In this document: positions 37,384 through 47,716 of the stretch, in pieces | Numbering within the stretch: the stretch's first letter is position 1 | Layout of the letters: the number at the start of each line of letters is the position of its first letter | Program-made: the position numbers and the translations under genes | Notes under the pieces: generated by a model | What the model was told of the DNA's origin: nothing | Seen by the model: only the letters and a program-made list of their open reading frames with translations | Databases searched by the model: none | Assembly: GCA_017554835.1 (NCBI GenBank) | Contig: JAFZHO010000039.1 | Coordinates: 106 to 64,105 of the forward strand | Direction: 5' to 3' | From: Clostridia bacterium | GTDB taxonomy: Bacteria; Bacillota; Clostridia; Oscillospirales; RGIG7773 | DNA length: 64,000 bases

Positions 37384-38352
37384 ATGAATAAAATCAGAAT
37401 CGGCATAGTGGGATATGGTAACCTTGGAAGAGGGGTAGAAAAAGCAATAAAGCAAAATAGTGATATGGAGCTTGTTAAGATTTTTACCCGTCGCGACCCA
37501 AAATCCCTTGGAGAAGGGTTTGACCTTGTTTCAAATGCCAATTTATATAAAAACGATATAGACGTAATGGTTATGTGTGGCGGGTCTGCAACGGACCTTC
37601 CCGTTCAGGTGCCTTCTATGGCGGAGTTATTCAATACCGTTGATAGTTTTGATACTCATGCAAAAATCCCCGAGTATTTTGAAAAGGTTAATAAATCTGC
37701 AAAGGAAAATAATAACCTTTCTATAATTTCTGCAGGATGGGACCCGGGGCTATTCTCTCTTAACAGAGTTTTGATGGATAGCGTTCTTCCCGAAGGAAAA
37801 ACCTATACCTTCTGGGGAAAAGGCGTTAGCCAGGGTCATTCCGACGCAATAAGAAGAATAGACGGCGTTCTTGATGCAAAGCAATATACAATTCCCGTTG
37901 ATAAGGCGCTTTTGAGCGTTCGAAACGGAGAAATGAAAGATTTTTCAACGAGAGAAAAGCATACGAGACTTTGTTTCGTTGTTGCAGAAGATGGTGCCGA
38001 TAAAGAAAGAATTGAGCAGGAAATTAAAAATATGCCCAATTATTTCAGCGATTATGACACTACCGTTAATTTTATAACTCTTGAAGAACTTAAAAGAGAC
38101 CATAGCGGACTTCCCCACGGTGGTTTCGTTATAAGATCAGGATTGACAGGGGAAGAAACAAAGCAGAAAATGGAGTTTCAGCTTGAGCTTGGAAGTAACC
38201 CCGAGTTTACTTCAAGCGTTCTTGTCTGCTGCGCAAGAGCAGTTTATAAAATGAGAGAAAAAGGGCAGACGGGTGCTATATCAATGCTTGATATTCCTGT
38301 TTCTATGTTTTCTCCTTTATCAGATGAAGAGCTCAGAGCAAAGTATTTATAA
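37384..38352 (+). CDS. ddh: meso-Diaminopimelate D-dehydrogenase
   Basis: N-terminal IRIGIVGYGNLGRGVEKAI, GWDPGLFS and WGKGVSQGHSDA match the Ddh family. Confidence 0.85.
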   Translation: MNKIRIGIVGYGNLGRGVEKAIKQNSDMELVKIFTRRDPKSLGEGFDLVSNANLYKNDIDVMVMCGGSATDLPVQVPSMAELFNTVDSFDTHAKIPEYFEKVNKSAKENNNLSIISAGWDPGLFSLNRVLMDSVLPEGKTYTFWGKGVSQGHSDAIRRIDGVLDAKQYTIPVDKALLSVRNGEMKDFSTREKHTRLCFVVAEDGADKERIEQEIKNMPNYFSDYDTTVNFITLEELKRDHSGLPHGGFVIRSGLTGEETKQKMEFQLELGSNPEFTSSVLVCCARAVYKMREKGQTGAISMLDIPVSMFSPLSDEELRAKYL

Positions 38353-38402
38353 GGTATATGGAAAAGAAGTAGTTTGAAATATAGACTATTTAGGGTGATT
38401 TG

Positions 38403-39365
38403 ATGAAAGTAATTGCTGCCATAGATATTGGCGGAACCGGAATAAAATTCGGTATTTTGACTCCTCAGGGAGAAATTCTAAAAAAGCATAAAAGAGAAAG
38501 CCAGTCTCATCTTGGCGGAAAAGTTCTTATGGAAAACGCTGTTTTAGGTCTTAGCGAAATTTTGGCAGACTTTGATATGAACGACGTTATCGGTATCGGA
38601 ATCGGAACTGCAGGTCAGGTTGACCATAAAAAAGGCGTTATTAGTTTTGCTTCTGAGATAATCCCCGGCTATACGGGCACAGACGTTAAAGGAATTTTCG
38701 AGAAGAAATTCAATAAACCCGTTTTTGTTGAGAATGACGTTAATACGGCTATTCTGGGCGAAATGTGGAAAGGGGCAGGCGCAGGAAATGATATCGTTCT
38801 TGGTATAACCGTTGGAACCGGTATCGGCGGCGCTATTATCCTTAACGGAGAGGTTTTCCACGGCGCAACGGGAAGCGCAGGAGAATTTGGTCATGCCGTA
38901 ATTCAGAGGGATGGGCCTTCTTGCACTTGCGGCGGAAACGGATGCTGGGAGCTTTATGGTTCTTCTACTGCTCTTATCAGATTTACGAGAGAGCTTCTTA
39001 AAGATAATAAAGACTCTCTTATGTGGAAAAAATATATAAAAACTCTTGATGACGTTAATGCAAAAAATATCTTCGATGCAGCAAAAGAGGGCGACGAACT
39101 TATGCTTTCCTGCGTTGAAAAGTTTTCCGAAAATATTGCGGCGGGGCTTGTTTCCCTTGTTCATACCTTTAACCCTCAGGTAATTATTATTGGTGGCGGA
39201 GTTTCAAACGAGGGCGCTTATCTTATCGATAAAATCGATAGATACGTGAGAGAAAGAGCTATGCCGTCTTATCTTAAATGCTTGTCAATAAAAGCGGCGG
39301 CGCTTGGAAACGACGCAGGTATTACAGGGGCTTGTAAGCTTGTTATTAACGGGCTTGGATTATAA
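38403..39365 (+). CDS. ROK family sugar kinase (glucokinase / N-acetylmannosamine kinase-like)
   Basis: DIGGTGIKFG ATP motif and ROK zinc motif CTCGGNGCWE. Confidence 0.85.
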   Translation: MKVIAAIDIGGTGIKFGILTPQGEILKKHKRESQSHLGGKVLMENAVLGLSEILADFDMNDVIGIGIGTAGQVDHKKGVISFASEIIPGYTGTDVKGIFEKKFNKPVFVENDVNTAILGEMWKGAGAGNDIVLGITVGTGIGGAIILNGEVFHGATGSAGEFGHAVIQRDGPSCTCGGNGCWELYGSSTALIRFTRELLKDNKDSLMWKKYIKTLDDVNAKNIFDAAKEGDELMLSCVEKFSENIAAGLVSLVHTFNPQVIIIGGGVSNEGAYLIDKIDRYVRERAMPSYLKCLSIKAAALGNDAGITGACKLVINGLGL

Positions 39366-39389
39366 AATATTATTATAGGAGAGATAAAA

Positions 39390-40094
39390 ATGAAAGAAAT
39401 CAACCCAATTATCAAAGGCCTTAAAGGCAGAGTAGTAATCTCCTGCCAGGCACTTAAACACGAAATTATGTATGGAAGCCAGTATATGCAGAAATTCGCA
39501 GAATCTGCAACTAAAGGTGGCGCTTGCGGTATCAGAGCAAACTCCGTAGTAGATATCAAAGCTATTAAAGAAGTTACTGATCTTCCTATTTTAGGTATTA
39601 TCAAAAAAGACTATGAAAACAGCGAATGCTATATAACTCCAAGTATGGCAGAGGTTGACGCTCTTTATAACGAAGCAAAACCTGAAATTATCGCAGTAGA
39701 TGCAACAGACAGAATCCATCCCGACGGAAAAAACGGAGCAGGATTCATTAAAGATATCAAAGCAAAATATCCTGACGTTCTTATTATGGCAGACGTTTCA
39801 ACTTACGAAGAAGGCATCGAAGCAGAAAAAGCAGGAGCAGATATCGTTTCTACTACTTTGGCAGGTTACACTTCTTACACAACAAAAACAGAAGGCCCTG
39901 ACTACGAGCTTATGAAAAAACTTGCTTCCGCTTTGGAAGTTCCCGTTATCGGCGAGGGCAGAATCTGGACCAGAGAAGAAGCCGTTGAAGCTTTCAAAAC
40001 AGGTATCTATTCACTTGTTGTAGGAACTGCTATAACAAGACCTTACGATATCGCAAAGAGATTTTGCGATTACGTTGCAGAAAACGTAAAATAA
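39390..40094 (+). CDS. nanE: N-acetylmannosamine-6-phosphate 2-epimerase
   Basis: NanE-type sequence GRVVISCQAL...GGACGIRAN...PILGIIKKDY...IGEGRIWT, adjacent to the ROK kinase. Confidence 0.85.
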   Translation: MKEINPIIKGLKGRVVISCQALKHEIMYGSQYMQKFAESATKGGACGIRANSVVDIKAIKEVTDLPILGIIKKDYENSECYITPSMAEVDALYNEAKPEIIAVDATDRIHPDGKNGAGFIKDIKAKYPDVLIMADVSTYEEGIEAEKAGADIVSTTLAGYTSYTTKTEGPDYELMKKLASALEVPVIGEGRIWTREEAVEAFKTGIYSLVVGTAITRPYDIAKRFCDYVAENVK

Positions 40095-40103
40095 TGAAAA
40101 ATT

Positions 40104-40131
40104 ACCGCAGTGTTTTTCACTGCGGTTTTTT
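40104..40131 (+). terminator. Rho-independent terminator
   Basis: Stem accgcagtg/cactgcggt followed by a T-run. Confidence 0.75.
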
Positions 40132-40192
40132 ATTATTGAATTGAAAAATCTCCTTGTTTTTGGTATAATATATAAAGGTGAGGTGGTAAGCT

Positions 40193-40729
40193 ATGAAAAA
40201 AGTTTCTTTTTTACTTACTATATTAATAATAGTAATGGTTTTCGCAGGGTGTAGCGGCAAAACTGACGCTCTCTATGAAAAAGACGGAGTTTCAATCAAA
40301 ATCGAAAACCTTGGCGAAATAAAATTCCTCGGTGAAAAAATTGATGATTTTTCCGACTGGGAAAAAATGCACTCTGACGGAACTATGGCGAAGCTTCAGG
40401 CCTTCGGCAAAACCACCGACGATGGAATTATACATTTAAATAAAGGATACTTTGCAGGCGTAGTTGCAAAGGAAGAATATAAGGAAGAAGAAAAATCCAA
40501 GGTTTCCGAATACGATAGTTATACCGTTCCGGCGGGAAAATGGATAATCGCCCTTGCCGATATTAATTATACCGAGCAGGACCTTGATTCGATGAAGAGC
40601 GTGATAAACGAGTATCTTGAAGAGAATAAAGATATACAAATTGACGAAAACAAAGAAATTATCGAACTTTATCCCCTTAGCGCCAACGCTCTTGACACGG
40701 ATTATAAAGTAATGATTCCGTTAAAATAG
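40193..40729 (+). CDS. Hypothetical lipoprotein
   Basis: Lipobox MVFAGCSG after a hydrophobic signal sequence. No family recognised. Confidence 0.55.
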   Translation: MKKVSFLLTILIIVMVFAGCSGKTDALYEKDGVSIKIENLGEIKFLGEKIDDFSDWEKMHSDGTMAKLQAFGKTTDDGIIHLNKGYFAGVVAKEEYKEEEKSKVSEYDSYTVPAGKWIIALADINYTEQDLDSMKSVINEYLEENKDIQIDENKEIIELYPLSANALDTDYKVMIPLK

Positions 40730-40806
40730 CTTATTTAGTTGAATAAGTTAAAAATTTAACTATATTTAGTTGGTATAAAAATTGTTTATGCATATTGCAC
40801 AAAAAA

Positions 40807-40829
40807 CGAGGAATTCTTCCTCGTTTTTT
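40807..40829 (+). terminator. Rho-independent terminator
   Basis: Stem cgaggaa/ttcctcg followed by a T6 run. Confidence 0.65.
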
Positions 40830-40865
40830 CTACGTTAAAAATTTTGAATAAATCGGGCAAATCCC

Positions 40866-41273
40866 TTGAAATCAAGGGGTTTGTGTAGTATTATATGAGG
40901 GTGTCATTATGGGCACAGGTATGCGATGACGCAGAAGGTTGCTGCCGAAAAGCTTACGGCCGTTGGCAACGGAGTTTTTCAAGAGCAGGTAATTTCTGCT
41001 GAGTATGTCCGATTTTAAACCGGGCGACAACGATATTTTTTTTCACATCGGAAAGCGCTTGAAACCGGGCTTTATGCCGGGTTTTGAGAACTGTCCTGAT
41101 AAAGAGGGTGGTTTTCGGGTGCTTTTGAGCAACGGGGGCATTTTGCGCCTGCTGCGGCAACGGAAGGTTTCCTTCCGCTTGCTTAATATTATAGGGCGGA
41201 AACACCCGGCGATGTGTAAACAAAAATCGTCGTCAAACCAAAAATTTTCTAAATTTTTAAGGAGGCGAAAAAA
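40866..41273 (+). promoter_or_regulatory. Promoter plus long, GC-rich structured leader of the S10 operon (class not recognised)
   Basis: TTGAAA (40866-71), a 17-nt spacer, then TATTAT (40889-94). About 370 nt of multi-hairpin sequence follows, including a perfect hairpin CGGAAGG-UUU-CCUUCCG at 41161-77, AAACCGGGC duplicated at 41017 and 41062, and a boxA-like UGCUUUUGAGCAA near 41120. Confidence 0.45.
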
Positions 41274-41585
41274 ATGGCAGCAAAAGAAAAAATCAGAATC
41301 AGGTTAAAAGCGTATGATCACGCTGTTATTGACCAGGCTGCTGAAAAAATTGTTGAAACTGCGAAAAGGACCGGCGCTGGCGTATCAGGACCTATTCCAC
41401 TTCCAACAGAAAAAGAAATCATCACTATACTTCGTGCAGTGCACAAGTATAAAGACTCAAGAGAGCAGTTTGAAAGAAGAACTCATAAACGTCTTATCGA
41501 CATCTTGAAACCTTCTGCAAAAACTGTAGATGCACTTATGAGTCTTGATCTCCCGGCCGGCGTTGATATCGAAATCAAACTATAA
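41274..41585 (+). CDS. rpsJ: 30S ribosomal protein S10
   Basis: [10 protein letters not shown]...GPIPLPT...[11 protein letters not shown]. Confidence 0.98.
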   Translation: MAAKEKIRIRLKAYDHAVIDQAAEKIVETAKRTGAGVSGPIPLPTEKEIITILRAVHKYKDSREQFERRTHKRLIDILKPSAKTVDALMSLDLPAGVDIEIKL

Positions 41586-41640
41586 GGCATCGGGGTCACG
41601 TTGGGAAACCAACCAATAACCACAAGGAGGAAATTTAAAA

Positions 41641-42276
41641 ATGGAAAAAGCCATCATTGGAAAGAAAATCGGCATGACCCAGCTTTTTGACGAAGCAGGA
41701 AACGTTGTTCCAGTTACCGTTCTTGAAGCAGGACCTTGTGTCGTAGTGCAGAAAAAAACCGCAGACAATGACGGATACTGCGCTGTTCAGCTCGGTTTTG
41801 ATGATATGACCGAGAAAAAAGTAATTAAACCAGCAAAAGGCCACTTCGATAAAGCAGGTGTTGCTTATAAAAGAGTTCTTAAAGAATTCAAACTTGCAGC
41901 TTCTTGCGAAATGAACGTTGGCGACGAAGTGAAAGCAGACGCTTTCGCAGCCGGTGATAAAGTTGATATTACCGGAACCTCAAAAGGTAAAGGTTACGCA
42001 GGTGTTATCAAAAGACACGGCGCACATAGACTTAGAATGACTCACGGTACCGGTCCTGTTCATAGAAGTATCGGTTCTGCAGGAGCTTGTTCTGACCCAT
42101 CCAGAATCTTCAAAGGTAAGAAAATGGCAGGTCACATGGGTGCTGAGAAGGTTACAGTTCAGAACCTTGACGTTATAAGAGTTGACGCTGAGAAAAATCT
42201 TATCATCGTTAAAGGCGCTGTTCCAGGACCTAAAGGCGGAGTGCTATTCATTAAAAACTCCGTAAAAAATGCGTAA
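41641..42276 (+). CDS. rplC: 50S ribosomal protein L3
   Basis: [27 protein letters not shown]; operon position. Confidence 0.98.
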   Translation: MEKAIIGKKIGMTQLFDEAGNVVPVTVLEAGPCVVVQKKTADNDGYCAVQLGFDDMTEKKVIKPAKGHFDKAGVAYKRVLKEFKLAASCEMNVGDEVKADAFAAGDKVDITGTSKGKGYAGVIKRHGAHRLRMTHGTGPVHRSIGSAGACSDPSRIFKGKKMAGHMGAEKVTVQNLDVIRVDAEKNLIIVKGAVPGPKGGVLFIKNSVKNA

Positions 42277-42300
42277 CGGCGGCGAAAGGAGGAAATATAG

Positions 42301-42924
42301 ATGCCTAGTGTAGCAGTATTAGATATGACTGGTAAAAAAGTAGAAGATATGAATCTTTCTGATAATATCTTCGGTGCTGAAGTTAACAAAACAGTTCTTC
42401 ATATGGCAGTTGTTAACTACCTTGCTAATCAGAGACAGGGTACTCAGTCAACATTAACACGTGCAGAAGTAAGAGGCGGCGGTGCTAAACCTTGGAGACA
42501 AAAAGGAACCGGCCGTGCAAGACAGGGTTCAACGAGAGCTCCTCAGTGGATTCACGGTGGTATTGCTCTTGGACCAAAACCAAGAGATTATAGCTACTCT
42601 CTTACTAAGAAAACTAAAAGAGTTGCTCTTAAATCTGCTCTTTCAGCAAAAGTTGAAGCAGGAGAGCTTATCATAATTGATAATATTTCTTTTGACGAAA
42701 TCAAAACTTCAAAAATGGCAAAAATGCTTGAAGACGTTTCCGCTTGCGGTAAAGTTCTTGTTGTAATGCCTGAAGTTGACGAAAAAGTAATCAAAAGCGC
42801 AAGAAACATCAAAGGCGTTAAAACAGCCCTTGTTAACACAATAAATGTTTATGACATTTTAAACAGTTCAAAAATGGTTGCTTCTAAAGAAGCGATATTG
42901 AAAATTGAGGAGGTGTATGCATAA
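42301..42924 (+). CDS. rplD: 50S ribosomal protein L4
   Basis: RGGGAKPWRQKGTGRARQGS motif. Confidence 0.98.
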   Translation: MPSVAVLDMTGKKVEDMNLSDNIFGAEVNKTVLHMAVVNYLANQRQGTQSTLTRAEVRGGGAKPWRQKGTGRARQGSTRAPQWIHGGIALGPKPRDYSYSLTKKTKRVALKSALSAKVEAGELIIIDNISFDEIKTSKMAKMLEDVSACGKVLVVMPEVDEKVIKSARNIKGVKTALVNTINVYDILNSSKMVASKEAILKIEEVYA

Positions 42925-43223
42925 TGAAAGCTGCTCAGGATATTATTCTAAGACCAATTATCACAGAAAAAGCAACTGACGGCATCGCCGACAAAAAATA
43001 CGCATTCGTAGTTGCAAAAGACGCTAATAAAGTTGAAATTAAAAAAGCTGTCGAAGAACTTTTCAAAGTTACTGTTGCAAAAGTTACAACTGTTAACCAG
43101 AAAAGCAAAGCAAAAAGACTTCGTATGGGTGCTCCTGAAGGTAAAACAGCAGCATACAAAAAAGCATACGTTCTTCTTGCAGAGAATTCAAAATCAATTG
43201 AGTTCTTTGACGGTATGATGTAA
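42924..43223 (+). CDS. rplW: 50S ribosomal protein L23
   Basis: ILRPIITEKAT...FVV...ANKVEIKKAVE. Confidence 0.97.
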   Translation: MKAAQDIILRPIITEKATDGIADKKYAFVVAKDANKVEIKKAVEELFKVTVAKVTTVNQKSKAKRLRMGAPEGKTAAYKKAYVLLAENSKSIEFFDGMM

Positions 43224-43237
43224 GGGAGTGAACGAAA

Positions 43238-44068
43238 ATGGCGATTAAAAAATTCAAACCAACCACTCCGGCTCGTCGTCAAATGACAGTTACCGACTAT
43301 TCACAGTTATCAAAGGTAGCTCCGGAAAAATCTTTAACAGAAGTGTTAAAAAGCAAAGCAGGCCGTAACAGCTATGGAAGAATAACAGTTCGTCATCAGG
43401 GCGGCGGTGCTAAAAGAAAATATAGAATCATTGATTTCAAAAGAAACAAACTTGATATTCCAGCGGTTGTTAAAACTATCGAATACGACCCAAACAGAAC
43501 AGCTTTCATCGCTCTTGTTGAATATCAGGATGGCGAAAAGAGATATATCCTTGCTCCCAACGATCTAAAAGTTGGCGACACTGTTATAAGCTCTGAAAAC
43601 GCCGACATCAAACCTGGTAACACATTACCTCTTGAAAAAATCCCTGTAGGTACTGTTATTCATAACGTTGAATTATACCCAGGTAAAGGTGCTCAGCTAG
43701 TAAGATCAGCCGGTAACATGGCTCAGCTTATGGCTAAAGAAAACGGTTACGCTCAGGTAAGACTTCCATCTTCAGAGGTTAGACTTGTTAGACTTAACTG
43801 TAAAGCAACAATCGGTCAGGTAAGTAACCTTGACCACGAAAACGTAAGTATCGGTAAAGCCGGCAGAAAACGTCATATGGGTTGGAGACCAACCGTTAGA
43901 GGTTCTGTAATGAACCCATGCGACCATCCACACGGTGGTGGTGAAGGTAGATCACCAATCGGACGTCCGTCTCCTGTTTCACCATGGGGACAGCCAGCTA
44001 AAGGTTACAAAACCAGAAGCAAAAAAGCTAAGTCTAACAAATTCATAGTTAGACCTAGAAGTAAGTAA
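43238..44068 (+). CDS. rplB: 50S ribosomal protein L2
   Basis: [16 protein letters not shown]...[13 protein letters not shown]. Confidence 0.98.
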   Translation: MAIKKFKPTTPARRQMTVTDYSQLSKVAPEKSLTEVLKSKAGRNSYGRITVRHQGGGAKRKYRIIDFKRNKLDIPAVVKTIEYDPNRTAFIALVEYQDGEKRYILAPNDLKVGDTVISSENADIKPGNTLPLEKIPVGTVIHNVELYPGKGAQLVRSAGNMAQLMAKENGYAQVRLPSSEVRLVRLNCKATIGQVSNLDHENVSIGKAGRKRHMGWRPTVRGSVMNPCDHPHGGGEGRSPIGRPSPVSPWGQPAKGYKTRSKKAKSNKFIVRPRSK

Positions 44069-44094
44069 GCGCGTTGCTGGAAGGAGGCTAAATA

Positions 44095-44370
44095 ATGGGT
44101 AGAAGTGTTAAAAAAGGACCTTTTGTAGACCCAAAATTATTTAAAAGAATTGAAGCTATGAATGAACAAGGCGAAAAGAGAGTTCTTAAGACTTGGTCAA
44201 GAGCATCTACTATATTCCCTGATTTCGTTGGACACACAATCGCAGTTCACGACGGAAGAAAACATGTTCCGGTTTATGTTACTGAAGATATGGTAGGACA
44301 TAAATTGGGCGAATTTGCACCAACAAGAACATTTAAAGGTCATGCAGGTGCAAAAACAACTAAGAAATAA
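44095..44370 (+). CDS. rpsS: 30S ribosomal protein S19
   Basis: [11 protein letters not shown]...[11 protein letters not shown]...GHKLGEF. Confidence 0.98.
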   Translation: MGRSVKKGPFVDPKLFKRIEAMNEQGEKRVLKTWSRASTIFPDFVGHTIAVHDGRKHVPVYVTEDMVGHKLGEFAPTRTFKGHAGAKTTKK

Positions 44371-44399
44371 GTCGTAAACAGCGAAAGGAGGAAATAAAA

Positions 44400-44735
44400 A
44401 TGGAAGCAAAAGCACATTTAAGACATATTCGTATAGCTCCCAGAAAGGTTCAGATCGTATGTGACCTTATCAGAAAACAGCCCGTTGGGAAAGCTATTGG
44501 TATATTAAAAAACACTCCGAAAGTCGCTAGCGAGCCTTTGGAAAAGCTTTTAAAATCTGCAATCGCAAACGCAGAACACAACTTCAATATGGACGTTGAA
44601 AAGCTTTATGTGGCAGAGATATTCGCTTGTCCGGGACCAATCCTAAAGAGAATAATGCCAAGAGCGCAAGGTAGAGCTTTCAGAATAAATAAAAGAACTT
44701 CTCACGTAACAGTAGTTCTAAAAGAGAAAGAATAA
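44400..44735 (+). CDS. rplV: 50S ribosomal protein L22
   Basis: [15 protein letters not shown]...[15 protein letters not shown]. Confidence 0.98.
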   Translation: MEAKAHLRHIRIAPRKVQIVCDLIRKQPVGKAIGILKNTPKVASEPLEKLLKSAIANAEHNFNMDVEKLYVAEIFACPGPILKRIMPRAQGRAFRINKRTSHVTVVLKEKE

Positions 44736-44754
44736 GCGACAAAGGAGGTAAAGT

Positions 44755-45423
44755 ATGGGCCAGAAAGTTAATACACACGGACTTAGAGTTGGTGTAATAA
44801 AAGGTTGGGATGCCAGATGGTATGCAAACGATAAAGATTTCGGCGATACTCTTGTTGAGGACGTAAAAATCAGAAAATTCGTTAAAGAAGCTACTAAAGA
44901 AGCAGGCGTTCCTAAAATCGAAATCGAAAGAAAAAATAACACAATTAAATTGTTCATTCACTGCGCAAGACCCGGTATCATCATCGGTAGAGGCGGAAGT
45001 GAAATAGAAAAACTAAGAGCACAGGTTGAAAAAATGACAGGCAAAAGCGCATTCATCAATATCGTTGAGGTAGCGCATCCTGACGTTGACGCTCAGCTTG
45101 TTGCAGAGAACGTTGCAGCTCAGCTTGAAAGAAGAGTAGCATTCAGAAGAGCTATGAAACAGTCTATCGGCAGAGCTATGAAGCTTGGTTCAAGAGGTAT
45201 CAAAATTGCAGTATCAGGTCGTCTTGGTGGTGCAGATATCGCTAGAACAGAGCATTATCACGAGGGAACAATTCCGCTACAGACACTTAGAGCTGATATA
45301 GATTACGGTTTTGCAGAAGCAGATACTACCTATGGTAAACTCGGTGTTAAAGTTTGGATATACAAAGGCGAAGTTCTTCGTGAGGTAAAAAGAGCACCTC
45401 GCAGAAAAGGAGGACAAAGATAA
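44755..45423 (+). CDS. rpsC: 30S ribosomal protein S3
   Basis: [14 protein letters not shown]...KH domain GRGG. Confidence 0.98.
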   Translation: MGQKVNTHGLRVGVIKGWDARWYANDKDFGDTLVEDVKIRKFVKEATKEAGVPKIEIERKNNTIKLFIHCARPGIIIGRGGSEIEKLRAQVEKMTGKSAFINIVEVAHPDVDAQLVAENVAAQLERRVAFRRAMKQSIGRAMKLGSRGIKIAVSGRLGGADIARTEHYHEGTIPLQTLRADIDYGFAEADTTYGKLGVKVWIYKGEVLREVKRAPRRKGGQR

Positions 45424-45851
45424 TGTTATTACCAAAAAGAGTTAAATACAGAAGAGTTCATCGTGGACGTATGAAAGGTAAAGCTACAAGAGGTAATACT
45501 ATCGCTTACGGTGAATACGGTTTGGTTGCAATGGAGCCAGCTTGGGTTAAAAGTAATCAGATCGAAGCTGCCCGTATCGCGTTAACACGTTATACAAAAA
45601 GAGGCGGTAAAGTATGGATAAAAATATTCCCAGATAAACCTGTTACAGAGAAACCTGCTGAAACTCGTATGGGTTCAGGTAAAGGTTCACCAGAATACTG
45701 GGTAGCAGTAGTAAAACCGGGAAGAGTTTTGTTTGAACTTTCAGGTGTTACAGAAGAAGTTGCAAGAGAAGCTTTGAGACTTGCTGCTCATAAACTTCCT
45801 ATTAAATGTAAGTTCATGAAAAAAGAAGAGTTAAATGGTGGTGAAGAATGA
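45423..45851 (+). CDS. rplP: 50S ribosomal protein L16
   Basis: [19 protein letters not shown]. Confidence 0.98.
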   Translation: MLLPKRVKYRRVHRGRMKGKATRGNTIAYGEYGLVAMEPAWVKSNQIEAARIALTRYTKRGGKVWIKIFPDKPVTEKPAETRMGSGKGSPEYWVAVVKPGRVLFELSGVTEEVAREALRLAAHKLPIKCKFMKKEELNGGEE

Positions 45852-46060
45852 TGAAATTAAATGAAAAACTCAATGAGTACAGAAATTTAACTGCTGACGA
45901 ATTAAATTCCAAATTAGGTGATTTAAAGCAGGAGCTTTTTAATCTTAGATTTCAGCATGCCATTAACCAGTTGGAAAATCCTCAGAGAATTCCCGCTGTA
46001 AAAAAGGATATTGCCAGAATTAAAACCATTCTTCGCGAGATGGAACTTAAAAATAATTAA
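45848..46060 (+). CDS. rpmC: 50S ribosomal protein L29
   Basis: [17 protein letters not shown]. The ATGATG start overlaps the rplP stop. Confidence 0.95.
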   Translation: MMKLNEKLNEYRNLTADELNSKLGDLKQELFNLRFQHAINQLENPQRIPAVKKDIARIKTILREMELKNN

Positions 46061-46084
46061 TTTCCCTAGCGGAAAGGAGGAAAA

Positions 46085-46345
46085 ATGGTGAGCGAAAGAG
46101 CATTAAGAAAAACTATGGTTGGAAAAGTTGTCAGCAACAAAATGGAAAAAACAATTGTTGTTGCAATTGAAGATAATGTAAAACATCCCCTCTATAATAA
46201 GGTTGTAAAAAGCACTTATAAATTAAAAGCTCATGATGAAAATAACGAATGTAACGTGGGCGACAAGGTTCAGGTAATGGAAACCCGTCCTTTATCAAAG
46301 GATAAGAGATTCCGCCTTGTAAAAATAATTGAAAGAGCTAAATAA
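46085..46345 (+). CDS. rpsQ: 30S ribosomal protein S17
   Basis: [14 protein letters not shown]...HPLYNK...[12 protein letters not shown]. Confidence 0.97.
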   Translation: MVSERALRKTMVGKVVSNKMEKTIVVAIEDNVKHPLYNKVVKSTYKLKAHDENNECNVGDKVQVMETRPLSKDKRFRLVKIIERAK

Positions 46346-46376
46346 TCCGTGCTAATCAAGGAAGGAGGATATTACC

Positions 46377-46745
46377 GTGATACAGCAACAGACATATCTT
46401 AAAGTAGCTGATAACACAGGAGCAAAAGAAATAATGTGTATCCGTGTTCTCGGCGGAACAAGAAGACGCTATGCTAACGTTGGAGATGTTATAATCGCAT
46501 CTGTTAAAAAATCAACACCAGGCGGCGTTGTAAAAAAAGGTGACGTAGTAAAGGCTGTAGTAGTAAGATCTTCGTTTGGTCTCAGAAGAGCAGACGGTTC
46601 TTATATTAAATTTGATGATAACGCAGCCGTAATCATAAAAGACGATAAAAACCCAAGAGGCACCCGTATCTTTGGGCCGGTTGCCAGAGAGCTTCGTGAA
46701 AAAGAATATATGAAGATTCTTTCACTTGCTCCTGAGGTTCTTTAA
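46377..46745 (+). CDS. rplN: 50S ribosomal protein L14 (GTG start)
   Basis: [18 protein letters not shown]... Confidence 0.98.
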   Translation: MIQQQTYLKVADNTGAKEIMCIRVLGGTRRRYANVGDVIIASVKKSTPGGVVKKGDVVKAVVVRSSFGLRRADGSYIKFDDNAAVIIKDDKNPRGTRIFGPVARELREKEYMKILSLAPEVL

Positions 46746-46757
46746 TTAGGAGGTGCA

Positions 46758-47156
46758 ATGATGAGTAAAATTCACGTTCAGAAGGACGATTTGGTAGTTG
46801 TTATTTCCGGAAAATCTAACTATAAAAACGCAAAAAATTATAAAGAGTTGAAGGAAAAGAACAAAACCGGTAAAGAATTATATAAACCTGCAAAAGTTCT
46901 TGAGGTTTCTCCTGAAGAAGGAAAAGTAATTGTTGAAGGTAAAAACCTTGTTACAAAACACGTTAAACCAAAAAGACAGGGCGAAGCAGGCGGAATCGTA
47001 AAAGCAGAAGCTGCTATGTATGCAAGCAAAGTTATGCATTATTGCGAAAAATGCGAAATGCCAGTTAAAATCGGTGTTAAAATCGAAGAAGACGGCAGCA
47101 AAACAAGAGTTTGCAGAAAATGCGGCACAGAAATCGGAAAATACGGAAGGAGGTAA
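46758..47156 (+). CDS. rplX: 50S ribosomal protein L24, atypical: about 25-aa Lys-rich insertion in the KOW region and a C-terminal CxxC...CxxC
   Basis: IHVQKDDLVVVISGK and VIVEGKNLVTKHVKP match L24, and the gene lies between rplN and rplE. At 132 aa it is longer than typical L24 proteins. The second ATG at 46761 has better RBS spacing. Confidence 0.9.
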   Translation: MMSKIHVQKDDLVVVISGKSNYKNAKNYKELKEKNKTGKELYKPAKVLEVSPEEGKVIVEGKNLVTKHVKPKRQGEAGGIVKAEAAMYASKVMHYCEKCEMPVKIGVKIEEDGSKTRVCRKCGTEIGKYGRR

Positions 47157-47161
47157 CCTGA

Positions 47162-47701
47162 ATGGCACGTTATAAAGAGCTATATAATAACGAAGTTGCT
47201 CCGGCACTTATGAAGAAATTTAACTATAAGAGCCCGATGCAGATTCCGAAAATTGATAAAATCGTTATCAACGTAGGATGCGGTGATGCTCGTGACAACT
47301 CCAAGGTTATCGAGTCCGTAACTACAGATTTAGCAGCGATTACAGGTCAGAAACCTGTTGTATGTAAAGCTAGAAAATCAGTTGCAAACTTTAAACTTCG
47401 TGAAGGTATGAACATCGGCGTTAAAGTTACTCTAAGAGGAGAGAGAATGTATGATTTCCTTGAGAGACTTTTCGACGTTGCACTACCAAGAGTAAGAGAT
47501 TTCAGAGGAATTAATCCTAACTCTTTCGACGGCAGAGGAAACTATGCTATGGGCGTTAAAGAGCAGCTTATCTTCCCTGAAATCGAATACGATAAAATCG
47601 ATAAAGTTCGCGGCATGGATATTGTATTTACAACCACTGCAAACACCGACGAAGAAGCAAAAGAATTGCTAACCCTTATGGGCGCACCTTTTGCAAAGTA
47701 A
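47162..47701 (+). CDS. rplE: 50S ribosomal protein L5
   Basis: [10 protein letters not shown]...NVGCGDA...[14 protein letters not shown]. Confidence 0.98.
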   Translation: MARYKELYNNEVAPALMKKFNYKSPMQIPKIDKIVINVGCGDARDNSKVIESVTTDLAAITGQKPVVCKARKSVANFKLREGMNIGVKVTLRGERMYDFLERLFDVALPRVRDFRGINPNSFDGRGNYAMGVKEQLIFPEIEYDKIDKVRGMDIVFTTTANTDEEAKELLTLMGAPFAK

Positions 47702-47716
47702 TGAGGAGGAATTAAA

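Noticed and set aside
30615-40885. Recurrence of aaatcaagggNttt (30615, 30668, 40869) and ccttgaNNNtcaagg hairpins (30840, 40864) in the two largest intergenic regions.
   Set aside because: The motifs are short (10-15 nt) and AT-rich, and there are only 2-3 copies. I cannot exclude chance without a genome-wide count, so I record them but make no claim.
41100-41125. GGGUGGU... segment in the rpsJ leader, resembling the T-box core GGGUGGUACCGCG.
   Set aside because: Only 7 nt match. There is no specifier loop or AGAGA/GNUGGA elements, and the downstream operon is not an aminoacyl-tRNA or amino-acid gene.
40954-41307. Two overlapping ORFs (100 aa on the + strand, 89 aa on the - strand) upstream of rpsJ.
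   Set aside because: Neither has an RBS. The + ORF runs out of frame into rpsJ. The products are Arg/Lys/Gly-rich nonsense, as expected from translating a GC-rich structured RNA. I interpret the region as a leader RNA.
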